Below, in pieces: positions 1 to 8,580 of a DNA stretch of 39,924 nt. Position numbers and translations under genes: made by a program. Each line of letters starts with the position of its first letter. Position 1 is the stretch's first letter. Source of the stretch: a virus (lineage: Duplodnaviria; Heunggongvirae; Uroviricota; Caudoviricetes). The stretch covers positions 1-39,924 of the IMG/VR virus record IMGVR_UViG_2778261064_000020; one strand, 5' to 3'. The notes beneath the pieces were generated by a model, which searched no databases, was not told where the DNA came from, and was given only the letters and a program-made list of their open reading frames with translations.

Positions 1-1248
1 ATGGCACTGAATATACCATTCAGAAATGTGTACTATCGTTTTGCATCCAGTTACTCATTTCTCTTTTTTATTTCCTGGTCGCTGTGGTGGTCGTTATACG
101 CTATTTGGCTGAAAGGACATCTAGGGTTGACTGGGACGGAATTAGGTACACTTTATTCGGTCAACCAGTTTACCAGTATTCTATTTATGATGGTCTACGG
201 CATCGTCCAGGATAAACTCGGTCTGAAGAAACCGCTTATCTGGTGTATGAGTTTCATCCTGGTCTTGACCGGACCGTTTATGATTTACGTTTATGAACCG
301 TTACTGCAAAGCAATTTTTCTGTAGGTCTAATTTTGGGGGCGCTCTTTTTTGGCTTGGGGTATCTGGCGGGCTGCGGTCTGCTTGATAGCTTCACCGAAA
401 AAATGGCACGAAATTTTCATTTCGAATATGGAACAGCGCGCGCCTGGGGATCTTTTGGCTATGCGATTGGCGCGTTCTTTGCTGGCATATTTTTCAGTAT
501 CAGTCCCCATATCAACTTCTGGTTGGTTTCGCTATTTGGCGCTGTATTTATGATGATCAACATGCGTTTTAAATATCAGGATCAGCAGTGCGTAGCGGCA
601 GATGCGGGAGGGGTAAAAAAAGAGGATTTTATTGCAGTTTTCAAGGATCGAAACTTCTGGATTTTCGTCATATTTATTGTGGGGACGTGGTCTTTCTATA
701 ACATTTTTGATCAACAGCTCTTTCCTGTTTTTTATGCAGGTTTATTCGAATCACACGATGTAGGAACGCGCCTGTATGGTTATCTCAACTCATTCCAGGT
801 TGTACTCGAAGCGCTGTGCATGGCCATTATTCCTTTCTTTGTTAATCGGGTAGGGCCAAAAAATGCATTACTTATCGGTGTTGTGATTATGGCGTTGCGT
901 ATTCTTTCCTGCGCACTGTTCGTTAATCCCTGGATTATTTCATTAGTGAAGCTGTTACATGCCATTGAGGTTCCACTGTGTGTCATTTCCGTCTTCAAAT
1001 ACAGCGTGGCAAACTTTGATAAGCGCCTGTCGTCGACGATCTTTCTGATTGGTTTTCAAATTGCCAGTTCGTTGGGGATTGTGTTGCTTTCAACGCCGAC
1101 TGGAATACTTTTTGACCATGCAGGTTACCAGACGGTTTTCTTCGTAATTTCGGGTATTGTCTGCCTGATGTTGTTATTTGGCATTTTCTTCCTGAGTAAA
1201 AAACGTGAGCAAATGGTGATGGAAACGCCTGTACCTTCTGCAATATAG
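1..1248 (+). CDS. cscB: Sucrose:H+ symporter, LacY/oligosaccharide-H+ symporter family MFS permease
   Basis: 415-aa ORF; N-terminus MALNIPFRN.YYRFASSYSFLFF and overall LacY-like 12-TM layout match CscB as I recall it; csc locus is known to lie next to argW in sucrose-positive E. coli. Confidence 0.8.
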   Translation: MALNIPFRNVYYRFASSYSFLFFISWSLWWSLYAIWLKGHLGLTGTELGTLYSVNQFTSILFMMVYGIVQDKLGLKKPLIWCMSFILVLTGPFMIYVYEPLLQSNFSVGLILGALFFGLGYLAGCGLLDSFTEKMARNFHFEYGTARAWGSFGYAIGAFFAGIFFSISPHINFWLVSLFGAVFMMINMRFKYQDQQCVAADAGGVKKEDFIAVFKDRNFWIFVIFIVGTWSFYNIFDQQLFPVFYAGLFESHDVGTRLYGYLNSFQVVLEALCMAIIPFFVNRVGPKNALLIGVVIMALRILSCALFVNPWIISLVKLLHAIEVPLCVISVFKYSVANFDKRLSSTIFLIGFQIASSLGIVLLSTPTGILFDHAGYQTVFFVISGIVCLMLLFGIFFLSKKREQMVMETPVPSAI

Positions 1249-1677
1249 ACGTAAACTCTTTCCGGTTGTTGTCGATAGCTCTATATCCCTCAACCGGAAA
1301 ATAATAATACCCAAATGCTTAGCGCGGCTAATAATCGCCTAATCCAAACGCCTCATTCATGTTCTGGAACAGTCGCTCAAATGTACTCATGATACGCGGT
1401 TCGCTGATTTCCAGGAAATTGTCGTAATTCAGCGACCTGTCCCGTGTATCACGGGCCTGCTAATCCATCAAGGAATGCATTGCGGAGTGAAGTATCGAGT
1501 CAAGCCAGATTTCGCGATCAGGATTCTGTGTGATGATTACATTGCCAGGCCCGGGGCTGTTTAGTCATCGCCGCACAGTGCTGAGATTTCAACCTGTTGC
1601 AGGGAAAATGAGTAGATTTAGGGCAAGTGTGCTGCCAAACCCAACTTTTACGCGGGGAAGGTAGATTTCGTTGGAAG

Positions 1678-1698
1678 GATAAATGGTGTCCCCTGCAG
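1678..1698. repeat. Prophage att core copy (partial duplicate of argW 3' end), GATAAATGGTGTCCCCTGCAG
   Basis: Exact 21-bp direct repeat of 38836-38856, which overlaps the 3' end of tRNA-Arg; read directly from the sequence. Confidence 0.85.
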
Positions 1699-1771
1699 AC
1701 ATCTACTTGACGCGACAGGGGATTGATTAGAATGGTGTTTTTTAGATGTGAGAAATATTTTACCCGCTATT

Positions 1772-1972
1772 TTACCCATTGGCGCGGCTTAAGAGCTTAT
1801 TTTTGAATTCACAATGGTCACGATATAACCATCTTGCTCGCCCGTGGATAACTTTGGCTTTTGGCAGGTCGCCGGACTTAATCCGGTCATAGATGAAGGT
1901 TTTACCGAAGCCAGTATCGGCCATGATGAATTTCAAATCAACCAGTGAATCAGGCTGTAGTTCGTGTTGCAT
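1772..1972 (-). CDS. torI: Excisionase / recombination directionality factor, AlpA-Xis family (TorI-like)
   Basis: 66-aa ORF at the prophage end opposite the integrase; winged-helix Xis/AlpA-like sequence; matches my recollection of KplE1 TorI. Confidence 0.75.
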   Translation of the reverse strand: MQHELQPDSLVDLKFIMADTGFGKTFIYDRIKSGDLPKAKVIHGRARWLYRDHCEFKNKLLSRANG

Positions 1973-2017
1973 GAGTGCTATCTCCGAATAGGGAATCGAA
2001 CCTGCAAATCAGGCAAT

Positions 2018-2040
2018 AAAAAACCGCCATCAGGCGGTTT
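2018..2040 (-). terminator. Rho-independent terminator of the leftward early transcript
   Basis: Minus-strand hairpin AAACCGCC-TGAT-GGCGGTTT followed by TTTTTTATTG; overlaps the stop of the upstream small ORF. Confidence 0.6.
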
Positions 2041-2197
2041 GGTGTTCTTTCAGTTCTTCAATTCGAATATTTGTTACGTCTGCATGCGCTATCTGCGCCC
2101 ATATCATCCAGTGGTTATAGCAGTCGTTGATGTCCTCTGCTTCGATAACCCTGTTGAATGGTTCTCCATTCCATTCACCTGTGACTCGGAAGTGCAT
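2030..2197 (-). CDS. Small hypothetical phage protein (55 aa, MHFRVTGEWNGEPF...)
   Basis: ORF below the 60-aa track cut-off, found by manual translation; sits in the early-left operon directly upstream of the terminator. Coordinates approximate to within 1-2 nt. Confidence 0.35.
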   Translation of the reverse strand: MHFRVTGEWNGEPFNRVIEAEDINDCYNHWMIWAQIAHADVTNIRIEELKEHQTA

Positions 2198-2355
2198 TTA
2201 TCATCTCCATAAAACAAAACTCGCCGTAGCGAGTTCAGATAAAAGAAATCCCCGCGAGTGCGAGGATTGTTATTGTCTTTTCTTCGTGCATTTGTCGTAC
2301 TTTCGGCACCATCCAGATAGGCACATCCGTCCGCAATTAACACATATAGGCCACA

Positions 2356-2637
2356 TCATTTTTCCTCTTTTGGTTTATGAATCTGAATGGTTATGCCGCT
2401 TTGAGTGGTGACAACAATGACAGAACCAGGCTGAAGGCTGTTAAGATTGAATGCTTCGTAAAACGAATCCAAGGCCAGCGCTTTTTTATTCTTTCGGTTC
2501 CACCAACGCCATCCCTTGCTACAGGCTACACTGACAATCCACTGCCCACTCCTGTAAGCCATATAAAACCAGATGAGCAAAACCTGAAGGAATGCTATCC
2601 AGTCAATAATCGTATATTTCGCGAAGGAGTCCATCAC
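2356..2637 (-). CDS. Hypothetical small membrane protein (one predicted N-terminal TM helix, then WRWWNRKNKK)
   Basis: 93-aa ORF in the same orientation as the early-left operon; hydrophobic stretch IIDWIAFLQVLLIWFYMAY. Confidence 0.55.
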   Translation of the reverse strand: MMDSFAKYTIIDWIAFLQVLLIWFYMAYRSGQWIVSVACSKGWRWWNRKNKKALALDSFYEAFNLNSLQPGSVIVVTTQSGITIQIHKPKEEK

Positions 2638-3134
2638 TTCACCTCCTGCTGCGGTGCTGCTGGCATTTCACACCAGTGCGTAACTGAGTGCGGATCCGGA
2701 TATTCGGTGCCATCATCCCAGCGATTGCCATTCCACATTGCAGACCACATCTCACCGTCTTCATACATGACCATTACCGGAATTAACTTATCCGGCATTC
2801 GCTCACTACAGCTTATCCAACCATCCGGAGTTACCGGCACTGGCTTGGCGGTATAAAGCGGTGTTATATCTGCCAGAAAATTACATGCTTTATGCAGCCG
2901 CACCCACCGTTCGACTTCTGCTTTGTCAGAATACATACCAGTGAACGTGTTATATTCACGGTCAATTTGCGTGAAAGTTACCTTCCACGCCACCGGTTCT
3001 GCTTCCAGCGATGCCAGAGCAATCCGTGCCAGTTCTTCCGCTTCTTCTGCTGGCAGTACAACGTTGCTACCAGGTCCGTATGTTTCGCGCCACTGCCTGA
3101 TTGTCAGCAGTCGCTCTTTGGTAATAGTGGTCAT
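2634..3134 (-). CDS. DUF551-domain phage protein
   Basis: C-terminal W...SCSERMP...VTHWCEMP motif typical of DUF551; start chosen at MTTITKERL with an AGGAGA ribosome-binding site, overlapping the upstream stop (a longer alternative extends to 3257). Confidence 0.6.
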   Translation of the reverse strand: MTTITKERLLTIRQWRETYGPGSNVVLPAEEAEELARIALASLEAEPVAWKVTFTQIDREYNTFTGMYSDKAEVERWVRLHKACNFLADITPLYTAKPVPVTPDGWISCSERMPDKLIPVMVMYEDGEMWSAMWNGNRWDDGTEYPDPHSVTHWCEMPAAPQQEVK

Positions 3135-3135
3135 A

Positions 3136-3690
3136 TCACTCTCCTTTGATGCGAATGCCAGCGGCGCGGATAGATTTCCATTGTCCCCACATTCGGTTGA
3201 AGTCTGTGCCTGATAAGGTCGCGTTACGGTATCCAGTTTCAGTGCGCAATCCTTCAAGCGTCGATTTGGAGATACAAATTGAATGCATTACCCATGATTC
3301 AAACAAATCACGCTCCCGGGCTTCGCAACTTTGCTTACTCATCTCTTCGATACGTTCAGCCATCGCAGCACACTCTTCAAAGTTACTTAATGCTTTTCGC
3401 TCCCATTCGGAGCATTGTTTTCCAAGCTCGGCAATCAGTTTGTCTTTGCCTTCCAGCTCGTCCAGCAACGCCTGCACTACTTCTGGGTTGAAAGCTGCGA
3501 TATAACGAGCGTTGTTCTCTGCGTTTTTCTGTCCATCAAAGCCGGTCCATTTGATAACGTCTTCACATCGTTTATCACCGGGCGTATGCACCGCATACGT
3601 CCCAGTACCCGGCGAAATAAATGCGACCCATTCGCTTTGTGTTGCCTGTTTTGCTATCTCACGCAGTGCCTGATAGTCAATCTTGTTCAT
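3136..3690 (-). CDS. ead/Ea22-like family phage protein
   Basis: 184 aa; N-terminal QALRE...ATQSEW and NPEVVQALLDELE pattern typical of Ea22-like early proteins. Confidence 0.6.
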   Translation of the reverse strand: MNKIDYQALREIAKQATQSEWVAFISPGTGTYAVHTPGDKRCEDVIKWTGFDGQKNAENNARYIAAFNPEVVQALLDELEGKDKLIAELGKQCSEWERKALSNFEECAAMAERIEEMSKQSCEARERDLFESWVMHSICISKSTLEGLRTETGYRNATLSGTDFNRMWGQWKSIRAAGIRIKGE

Positions 3691-3691
3691 G

Positions 3692-3991
3692 TCACATCAC
3701 CCTGAATCCGTTGCATTTACGTAAAAAATCGCAGATATAGCCCTTCATTTTTTCGTGCCAATCTCGATCATTCCCATTGCACCAACCATCAGGTGGAGTC
3801 CAGTTTTCTATCAGAGCAGCCATTTTCTTTGCTTTTGCAGGAGTAGCTGTTGCGGTATCGCAGTAATGACGAGTGTCGATCAACGTATCCATACCATCGA
3901 TATCAAGTACGCAAAACCATGTGTGATTCGGCATTTCAACAGATGGTATTTGTTGCCCACGTCGACGTTTATCAATAAGACATACAGTCAC
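3692..3991 (-). CDS. Hypothetical phage early protein
   Basis: 99-aa ORF, tightly packed in the early-left operon; no recognisable motif. Confidence 0.5.
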   Translation of the reverse strand: MTVCLIDKRRRGQQIPSVEMPNHTWFCVLDIDGMDTLIDTRHYCDTATATPAKAKKMAALIENWTPPDGWCNGNDRDWHEKMKGYICDFLRKCNGFRVM

Positions 3992-4464
3992 TTGTTGCCT
4001 CCTTCACGTAGCTCGGCGGCAAAAGCTACTGCGTGATCATGATGTTCAAGTGTGTATGCACACTCCGCAAACATCTCCACCCCCTGCGCACGTACTTCAG
4101 CCAGGAATGCGTCGGTGGCCGGGGTTTTGATTTCGTTAAGTGCATCACTGAATCCACCTCTCTCCATACCTAGCTCTGCTTCGTAATCGGCATCGAATGC
4201 AGCGTCTTTGCAGAACTTCTTCAGCCCCGCATTCTCCACCGCCAGCGCTGAAAACTTCTCGTGTGCCAACTTAACAGCCGAATAAGCCTGCTTAATTGAC
4301 TCAATCGCTCTCTGCTGGTCTTCGGACAGAGCCGAAATCTTGGCCTCCGCTTCAGCAAATTTACGCACCAGATATTCAGCGTTTGTTTCGTTGACCTTTA
4401 AATCTCGTGGGATGCATTTGCCTTTCAGAAAACCATCCATCTCAATTAGTGTCATTTGTTTCAT
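3988..4464 (-). CDS. Hypothetical phage early protein (possibly Ea22-related)
   Basis: 158-aa ORF with coiled-coil-like N-terminus; overlaps neighbouring genes by ATGA-type junctions. Confidence 0.55.
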   Translation of the reverse strand: MKQMTLIEMDGFLKGKCIPRDLKVNETNAEYLVRKFAEAEAKISALSEDQQRAIESIKQAYSAVKLAHEKFSALAVENAGLKKFCKDAAFDADYEAELGMERGGFSDALNEIKTPATDAFLAEVRAQGVEMFAECAYTLEHHDHAVAFAAELREGGNK

Positions 4465-4625
4465 TTCTTCCCACTCCGCAACATCGCATTCAGATATTTG
4501 TTGTCATTAACAGAACCGAAACTCTTTCGCTTAAGTAATTCCTCTCTCGATGGCATTGGCTTTACGCGTTGGCGAATAATCATTTCTGCCGGAAGAATGC
4601 CGGGATTGTATGCAAGTCCTCTCAT
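4461..4625 (-). CDS. Small hypothetical protein (54 aa), translationally coupled
   Basis: Manual translation [20 protein letters not shown]...; its start overlaps the upstream stop (ATGA) and its stop overlaps the downstream start. Confidence 0.3.
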   Translation of the reverse strand: MRGLAYNPGILPAEMIIRQRVKPMPSREELLKRKSFGSVNDNKYLNAMLRSGKK

Positions 4626-4903
4626 GATTTACTCTCCACGAACTGGTCAATAGCCATGCTAAGTGACACACCTAAAGTCTCGATATGCTGCTGAATATCC
4701 TGTAGCGTCTGCGCCTGAGATAACAGGATTTCACGGTTGCATAACTCTTTAACCAGATGCTCAAACTTGCTGTAATAACCGATACGACTGAGCGTTTCTT
4801 TCCCTGCATTCTCGCCTTCTTTGATAATTCCTCTTTCGCTAAGAATCAGGTCGTGTTTGGTTCCGGTAATAACGTATTTTCCGAGGTCGATGTTTAGCTT
4901 CAT
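4622..4903 (-). CDS. Hypothetical phage early protein
   Basis: 93-aa ORF in operon context. Confidence 0.5.
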   Translation of the reverse strand: MKLNIDLGKYVITGTKHDLILSERGIIKEGENAGKETLSRIGYYSKFEHLVKELCNREILLSQAQTLQDIQQHIETLGVSLSMAIDQFVESKS

Positions 4904-4919
4904 TGTTAATTACTCCATG

Positions 4920-5234
4920 TTAATTTATTCGTATGCCTGCTCTTTCTTCATCGAGTTTTTTTAGCTTGTATCGCATAGCTCTTACTGAATAAATTGAGCG
5001 GCAGGTTGCAATTGCTATTTCTTCTGCGGAGAACTTACCGAAAAGTGATACTTCGGCTCTTGTCCATCGTCTTCCACGAAGTCGGCTAACAATGTCAGCG
5101 CCAATCCTTGTTGCTTTCGCCATTACTGCTTTTTCAGTCCTTTCCAGTTTTTCAGCGATAACTTCAACTGGCATTGTCGCCGCCACTTCGCGCAAGAAAT
5201 CGACTTCCCATTTCTCCCATGGAGTCTTTTTCAT
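4920..5234 (-). CDS. Hypothetical phage protein with two helix-turn-helix-like repeats
   Basis: 104-aa ORF; internal repeat W..E..FL.E....MP.EVIAEKL / WTRAEVSLFGKFSAEEIA. Confidence 0.5.
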   Translation of the reverse strand: MKKTPWEKWEVDFLREVAATMPVEVIAEKLERTEKAVMAKATRIGADIVSRLRGRRWTRAEVSLFGKFSAEEIAIATCRSIYSVRAMRYKLKKLDEERAGIRIN

Positions 5235-5245
5235 AGGCGATACCG

Positions 5246-5734
5246 TTATTTGATAAGAAGTGAAGGTTTCCCAACTTTGAGTTGAGCGCCGGGGATATTT
5301 ATTCCTGCTTTTAGTTGGTGTTTGATTGCCAGTTTGTCGGCTTTAATTGTCGTTTCAAACTCAACGTATTCAGGAGGAAGGGCGCTTGAGTCGATGATTT
5401 CTACAGTTTCTGACGGTTTGCGGATTGTTACCTGGTGAATACCTGCTCTAATCTTTTTCTTGCCAACCATTTCAAGCGATGACGCTATATACGCCATAAT
5501 GCTGCCAATCTTATTTTGAATTACTGCGGCTCGCTCATTCAGTGACTTTGCCTCTTCCTTGAGGCGTTCAGCATAACCAGATTCATTTTTAATAATGGCA
5601 AGAAGTTGCTCTATTTTATCGGTAAATTCTCCTTCCATGCCTTCTATTGTGTCAGCAATCATCTCTGGTTCTAAATCTGAATCCATCAATTTTGCGTATT
5701 CATTGGCAATTTCATACAGTTTGCTCACTGGCAA
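5246..5734 (-). CDS. Hypothetical protein next to the recombinase (possibly Gp157-like)
   Basis: 162-aa acidic coiled-coil protein immediately downstream of RecT; family assignment from memory only. Confidence 0.45.
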   Translation of the reverse strand: MPVSKLYEIANEYAKLMDSDLEPEMIADTIEGMEGEFTDKIEQLLAIIKNESGYAERLKEEAKSLNERAAVIQNKIGSIMAYIASSLEMVGKKKIRAGIHQVTIRKPSETVEIIDSSALPPEYVEFETTIKADKLAIKHQLKAGINIPGAQLKVGKPSLLIK

Positions 5735-6623
5735 CCTCCAGTTTCGCTTTGCATTCTATGTAAATGGCTTGTACGTTCTGCTGCAATTTCATTCCAGATG
5801 TCAGGCGATATGCTTCTGCAAAATATCGCTTCAAATCATCCATGTTTTCTGCCTGAGCCATTTCATCGCAAAGAAGTTGTGCTTTATCCATTATTTCCTG
5901 CTGGCGTTTCCGTTCATCTTCGCGGATATCTTCCTCTGATTTGTGCGGCATAACTGGTTCGGTCCACACGCCTTCTTCTTCGTTTAGTACGTGAATAGCA
6001 CTATCAAGGCGTGATGCCTTAGGCCAATACTTGCTTGCACGCTTTACGACCGTCTTTCGCGCCATCTCATTCCAGTGATTTACCCATGGTCCTTTATCGC
6101 TGAATGCTGCCTTGCTTGTTTTCCTTACAGCCTCAATTTCAGCCAGACTCATCTCTTCCGTTAGATAATCACCTGCTGGCGTCTTAACTGTGCAGTAAAC
6201 GCCAACGATATCACCACGGTCACCGAAGGCGTTGTATTTATGGGTTGGTGCTTTATCAAGCCCGTTTGACTCATAGGTATCGTTAGCATGAACAAGTTTT
6301 GCCTGACCCCATGAGATAACACCAGACTCCATTGCAATATGGAGCAATCCCATATAGCTGATATCAAGGCACACCATGCCGTCGCGAGGAACCAGATAAG
6401 CCAGTTTGCTGGCCGGGTTTAAGGTGATGCCGATCGCCGCAACATTGATGATGGCGTTCTGTGCGCTGGTTGGATTTGCCAGTGCTGTTTTAGCCAGGTA
6501 ATCGTTTTTCTGGAAATACTGAATTGCAAACTGGCTTTCCTTAGCCCATGTCACCGTCTGTTCAGTCAATGCTCCGCAGAATAACTGCTCCTGCTGTTTA
6601 ACGAATTCAACGATATTGCTCAT
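5712..6623 (-). CDS. recT: RecT-family single-strand annealing recombinase
   Basis: 303 aa; motif GPWVNHWNEMARKTVVKRASKYWP closely parallels Rac RecT GPWVTHWEEMAKKTAIRRLFKYLP. Confidence 0.8.
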   Translation of the reverse strand: MSNIVEFVKQQEQLFCGALTEQTVTWAKESQFAIQYFQKNDYLAKTALANPTSAQNAIINVAAIGITLNPASKLAYLVPRDGMVCLDISYMGLLHIAMESGVISWGQAKLVHANDTYESNGLDKAPTHKYNAFGDRGDIVGVYCTVKTPAGDYLTEEMSLAEIEAVRKTSKAAFSDKGPWVNHWNEMARKTVVKRASKYWPKASRLDSAIHVLNEEEGVWTEPVMPHKSEEDIREDERKRQQEIMDKAQLLCDEMAQAENMDDLKRYFAEAYRLTSGMKLQQNVQAIYIECKAKLEVASEQTV

Positions 6624-6931
6624 GCAGCTTCTCCAAAAATGTGTCTGCGTTTGAATATTGCGAAGGCATATTCAGCCTTAACTCTTTCGGTTATTGCATC
6701 CCAGAACCATTCAGCGGCTTTTTTCTGATAGTTACAGTCATCATCTTCCAGCCAGTCGATAGCGTCCTTAGTGTGTTCATCTGGTTTATATGAGCGAAGC
6801 ATTTCGCTTATTGGGTCGCAACGTTTGCAGAGGCGATCAACTTCACTGTTGATTCGTTCGTAATCTTCATCAGTAAAACTTGCGATTATTTGCGATATTT
6901 CACGCTTATCATTCAGAGTCAGAATCATCAT
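6620..6931 (-). CDS. Hypothetical phage early protein
   Basis: 103-aa ORF with overlapping stop/start junctions to its neighbours. Confidence 0.5.
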   Translation of the reverse strand: MMILTLNDKREISQIIASFTDEDYERINSEVDRLCKRCDPISEMLRSYKPDEHTKDAIDWLEDDDCNYQKKAAEWFWDAITERVKAEYAFAIFKRRHIFGEAA

Positions 6932-7016
6932 CTTTCTCCTGTTCTTTGTGCTGATTGAGCATTTCTTTCATCTGACGAATGAATTCTTCGTCTGACCAGT
7001 TATCTGTAAAACTCAT
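6909..7016 (-). CDS. Small hypothetical protein (35 aa), translationally coupled
   Basis: Manual translation MSFTDNWSDEEFIRQMKEMLNQHKEQEKDDDSDSE; ATGA overlap with the kil-like ORF. Confidence 0.25.
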   Translation of the reverse strand: MSFTDNWSDEEFIRQMKEMLNQHKEQEKDDDSDSE

Positions 7017-7165
7017 TTCCTGCGATACCACGGAAGGTTGATAGCTGATTTCATCGCTTTATTTGCTTCAAGCCACATTTTTGAATCACCAATAAACCTG
7101 GCTATTACTGCTTTGTTTTGTGCTGCACGAAGCATCTGGTGATTGATGGCTATTTCATTGCGCAT
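7013..7165 (-). CDS. kil: Kil-like small protein (host cell-division inhibitor family)
   Basis: 50-aa ORF; ARFIGDSKMWLEA resembles lambda Kil ATFIGDEKMFREA as I recall it; located next to a cIII-like ORF as in lambda. Confidence 0.45.
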   Translation of the reverse strand: MRNEIAINHQMLRAAQNKAVIARFIGDSKMWLEANKAMKSAINLPWYRRK

Positions 7166-7284
7166 AACGCCTCCAGTTGTTTCTTTGCTGCTCTGATTAA
7201 TTGTTTAACTCGGCGTGATAATTCAGATTCGTGCGGGTAGAAAGCGGACATGACGCCGCTACCCGCGAGCTGAAAGTGCATCAT
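7150..7284 (-). CDS. cIII: CIII-like protein (FtsH/HflB inhibitor family)
   Basis: MMHFQLAGSGVMSAFYPHESELSRRVKQL resembles lambda CIII (MQYAIAGWPVAGCPSESLLERITRKL); AAGGAG ribosome-binding site 6-9 nt upstream; the longer ORF in the track (to 7389) is probably not used. Confidence 0.55.
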   Translation of the reverse strand: MMHFQLAGSGVMSAFYPHESELSRRVKQLIRAAKKQLEALCAMK

Positions 7285-7508
7285 GGGTAACTCCTTATAT
7301 TTGATTGCATAACGAAAACGCCTCGAATGAAGCGTTATTGGTATGCATATAAAAAGGCCCTCACACTGGAGGGCAAAGAAGATTTCCAATAATCAGAACA
7401 AGTCGGCTCCTGTTTGGTTACGAGCGACATTGCTCCGTGTATTCACTCGTTGGAATGAATACACAGTGCAGTGTTTATTCTGTTGTTTATGTCAAAAATA
7501 AAGGCCGA

Positions 7509-8132
7509 CTATGCGGCCTCGGAAGGAAGTCCAATCATCTTATTCAAATCTTCTACCCGTAAAGCAGGAAGTGCTGTACTTGCTTTATCTGCTTCTTTTG
7601 GTAGCAATTCTTTGCTTTCAGGCCAAACCTCAATAAGTCGCTTAACTGTTGTGACTGAGTTCAAAGCAGCCCATACATTTGATTCGATATCCTTTTTCTT
7701 GGCTTCAAGTTTTTGTTGCAATGCGCAGATTTCATCAAACCTTTTTGTTATTTCGTGTTCTGCGCTAAACATGCATTTATCTTTGTTCGGAGTAGGGAGC
7801 AATATATCTTCGCCGTTGCCGTCTTTCCCATATGAAAGCCATCCAACCCTTCTGCCAGATACAGTCAGATAAATTGAAGTAGAACGAACATCGTATGAGT
7901 AAAATGAACATCCAATCTTTCCAAGTTCTTCACTTATAGCTACCAACTTGGATGATAACTGATTCACTTCCTCAGTTTTCTTTTTACCGCCAAACGCAAT
8001 AACTCTGGCGTCAAGTGCAAGCTGGTTCTTTAACTTTGTTACTTCTTCAAGTTCAGTGAAAACCCCAGACTTAATTAAAGCGTTACGAGCGATTTCCTCT
8101 TTCATTCTCGTAGTTAAGCGGATTGATGACAT
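7509..8132 (-). CDS. Hypothetical protein in the N-cIII intergenic slot (lambda ral/sieB/ea10 position)
   Basis: 207 aa starting MSSIRLTTRMKEE with a GAGG ribosome-binding site; soluble, no recognisable motif. Confidence 0.55.
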   Translation of the reverse strand: MSSIRLTTRMKEEIARNALIKSGVFTELEEVTKLKNQLALDARVIAFGGKKKTEEVNQLSSKLVAISEELGKIGCSFYSYDVRSTSIYLTVSGRRVGWLSYGKDGNGEDILLPTPNKDKCMFSAEHEITKRFDEICALQQKLEAKKKDIESNVWAALNSVTTVKRLIEVWPESKELLPKEADKASTALPALRVEDLNKMIGLPSEAA

Positions 8133-8143
8133 ATTAATTCCTC

Positions 8144-8470
8144 TCAAATAAGTGGTTTGCTGCCTAATTTCATTTTCTGGCGACCAACACAAGTCACACC
8201 CATTTCACTGCGTGGCTTGCTGTACCATGTGCGCTGATTCTTGCGCTCAATACGTTGCAGGTTGCTTTCAATCTGTTCGTGGTATTCAGCCAGTACCGTA
8301 AGGTCTATCGGATTCAGTGCGCTTTCTACTCGTGATTTCGGTTTGCGATTCAGCGAGAGAATAGGGCGGTTAACTGGTTTTGCGCTTACCCCAACCAACA
8401 GGGGATTTGCTGCTTTCCATTGAGCCTGTTTCTCTGCGCGACGTTCGCGGCGGCGTGCTTGTGCATCCAT
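8144..8470 (-). CDS. N: Antitermination protein N
   Basis: MDAQARRRERRAEKQAQWKAANPLLVGVSAKPVNRPILSLNRKPKSRVESALNPIDLTVLAEYH... is near-identical to lambda N as recalled (arginine-rich motif). Confidence 0.85.
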   Translation of the reverse strand: MDAQARRRERRAEKQAQWKAANPLLVGVSAKPVNRPILSLNRKPKSRVESALNPIDLTVLAEYHEQIESNLQRIERKNQRTWYSKPRSEMGVTCVGRQKMKLGSKPLI

Positions 8471-8580
8471 CTGAATTCTCCTGTCAGTTAGCTTTGAGTA
8501 ACGCGCCGTGATGCTTATCTCCACGGTTGCTGTCTTGCAGCTGCATTTCGCGCTACTCAAAGCTTTCTGCTTTGAATGCT

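Noticed and set aside
1262-1297. Stem-loop CCGGTTG...CAACCGG downstream of cscB as a terminator
   Set aside because: Long loop and no T-tract on either strand; cannot be called a rho-independent terminator from sequence alone.
2634-3257. Longer 207-aa version of the DUF551 protein
   Set aside because: The extension overlaps the 3' end of the upstream Ea22-like gene by about 120 nt; an internal ATG with a strong AGGAGA ribosome-binding site sits immediately after the upstream stop, which fits the tight coupling seen throughout this operon.
7150-7389. 79-aa ORF with hydrophobic N-terminus (MEIFFALQCEGLFICIPITLH...)
   Set aside because: Only the C-terminal 43-44 residues resemble CIII and are preceded by an AAGGAG ribosome-binding site; the N-terminal extension covers what is probably the upstream gene's 3' UTR.
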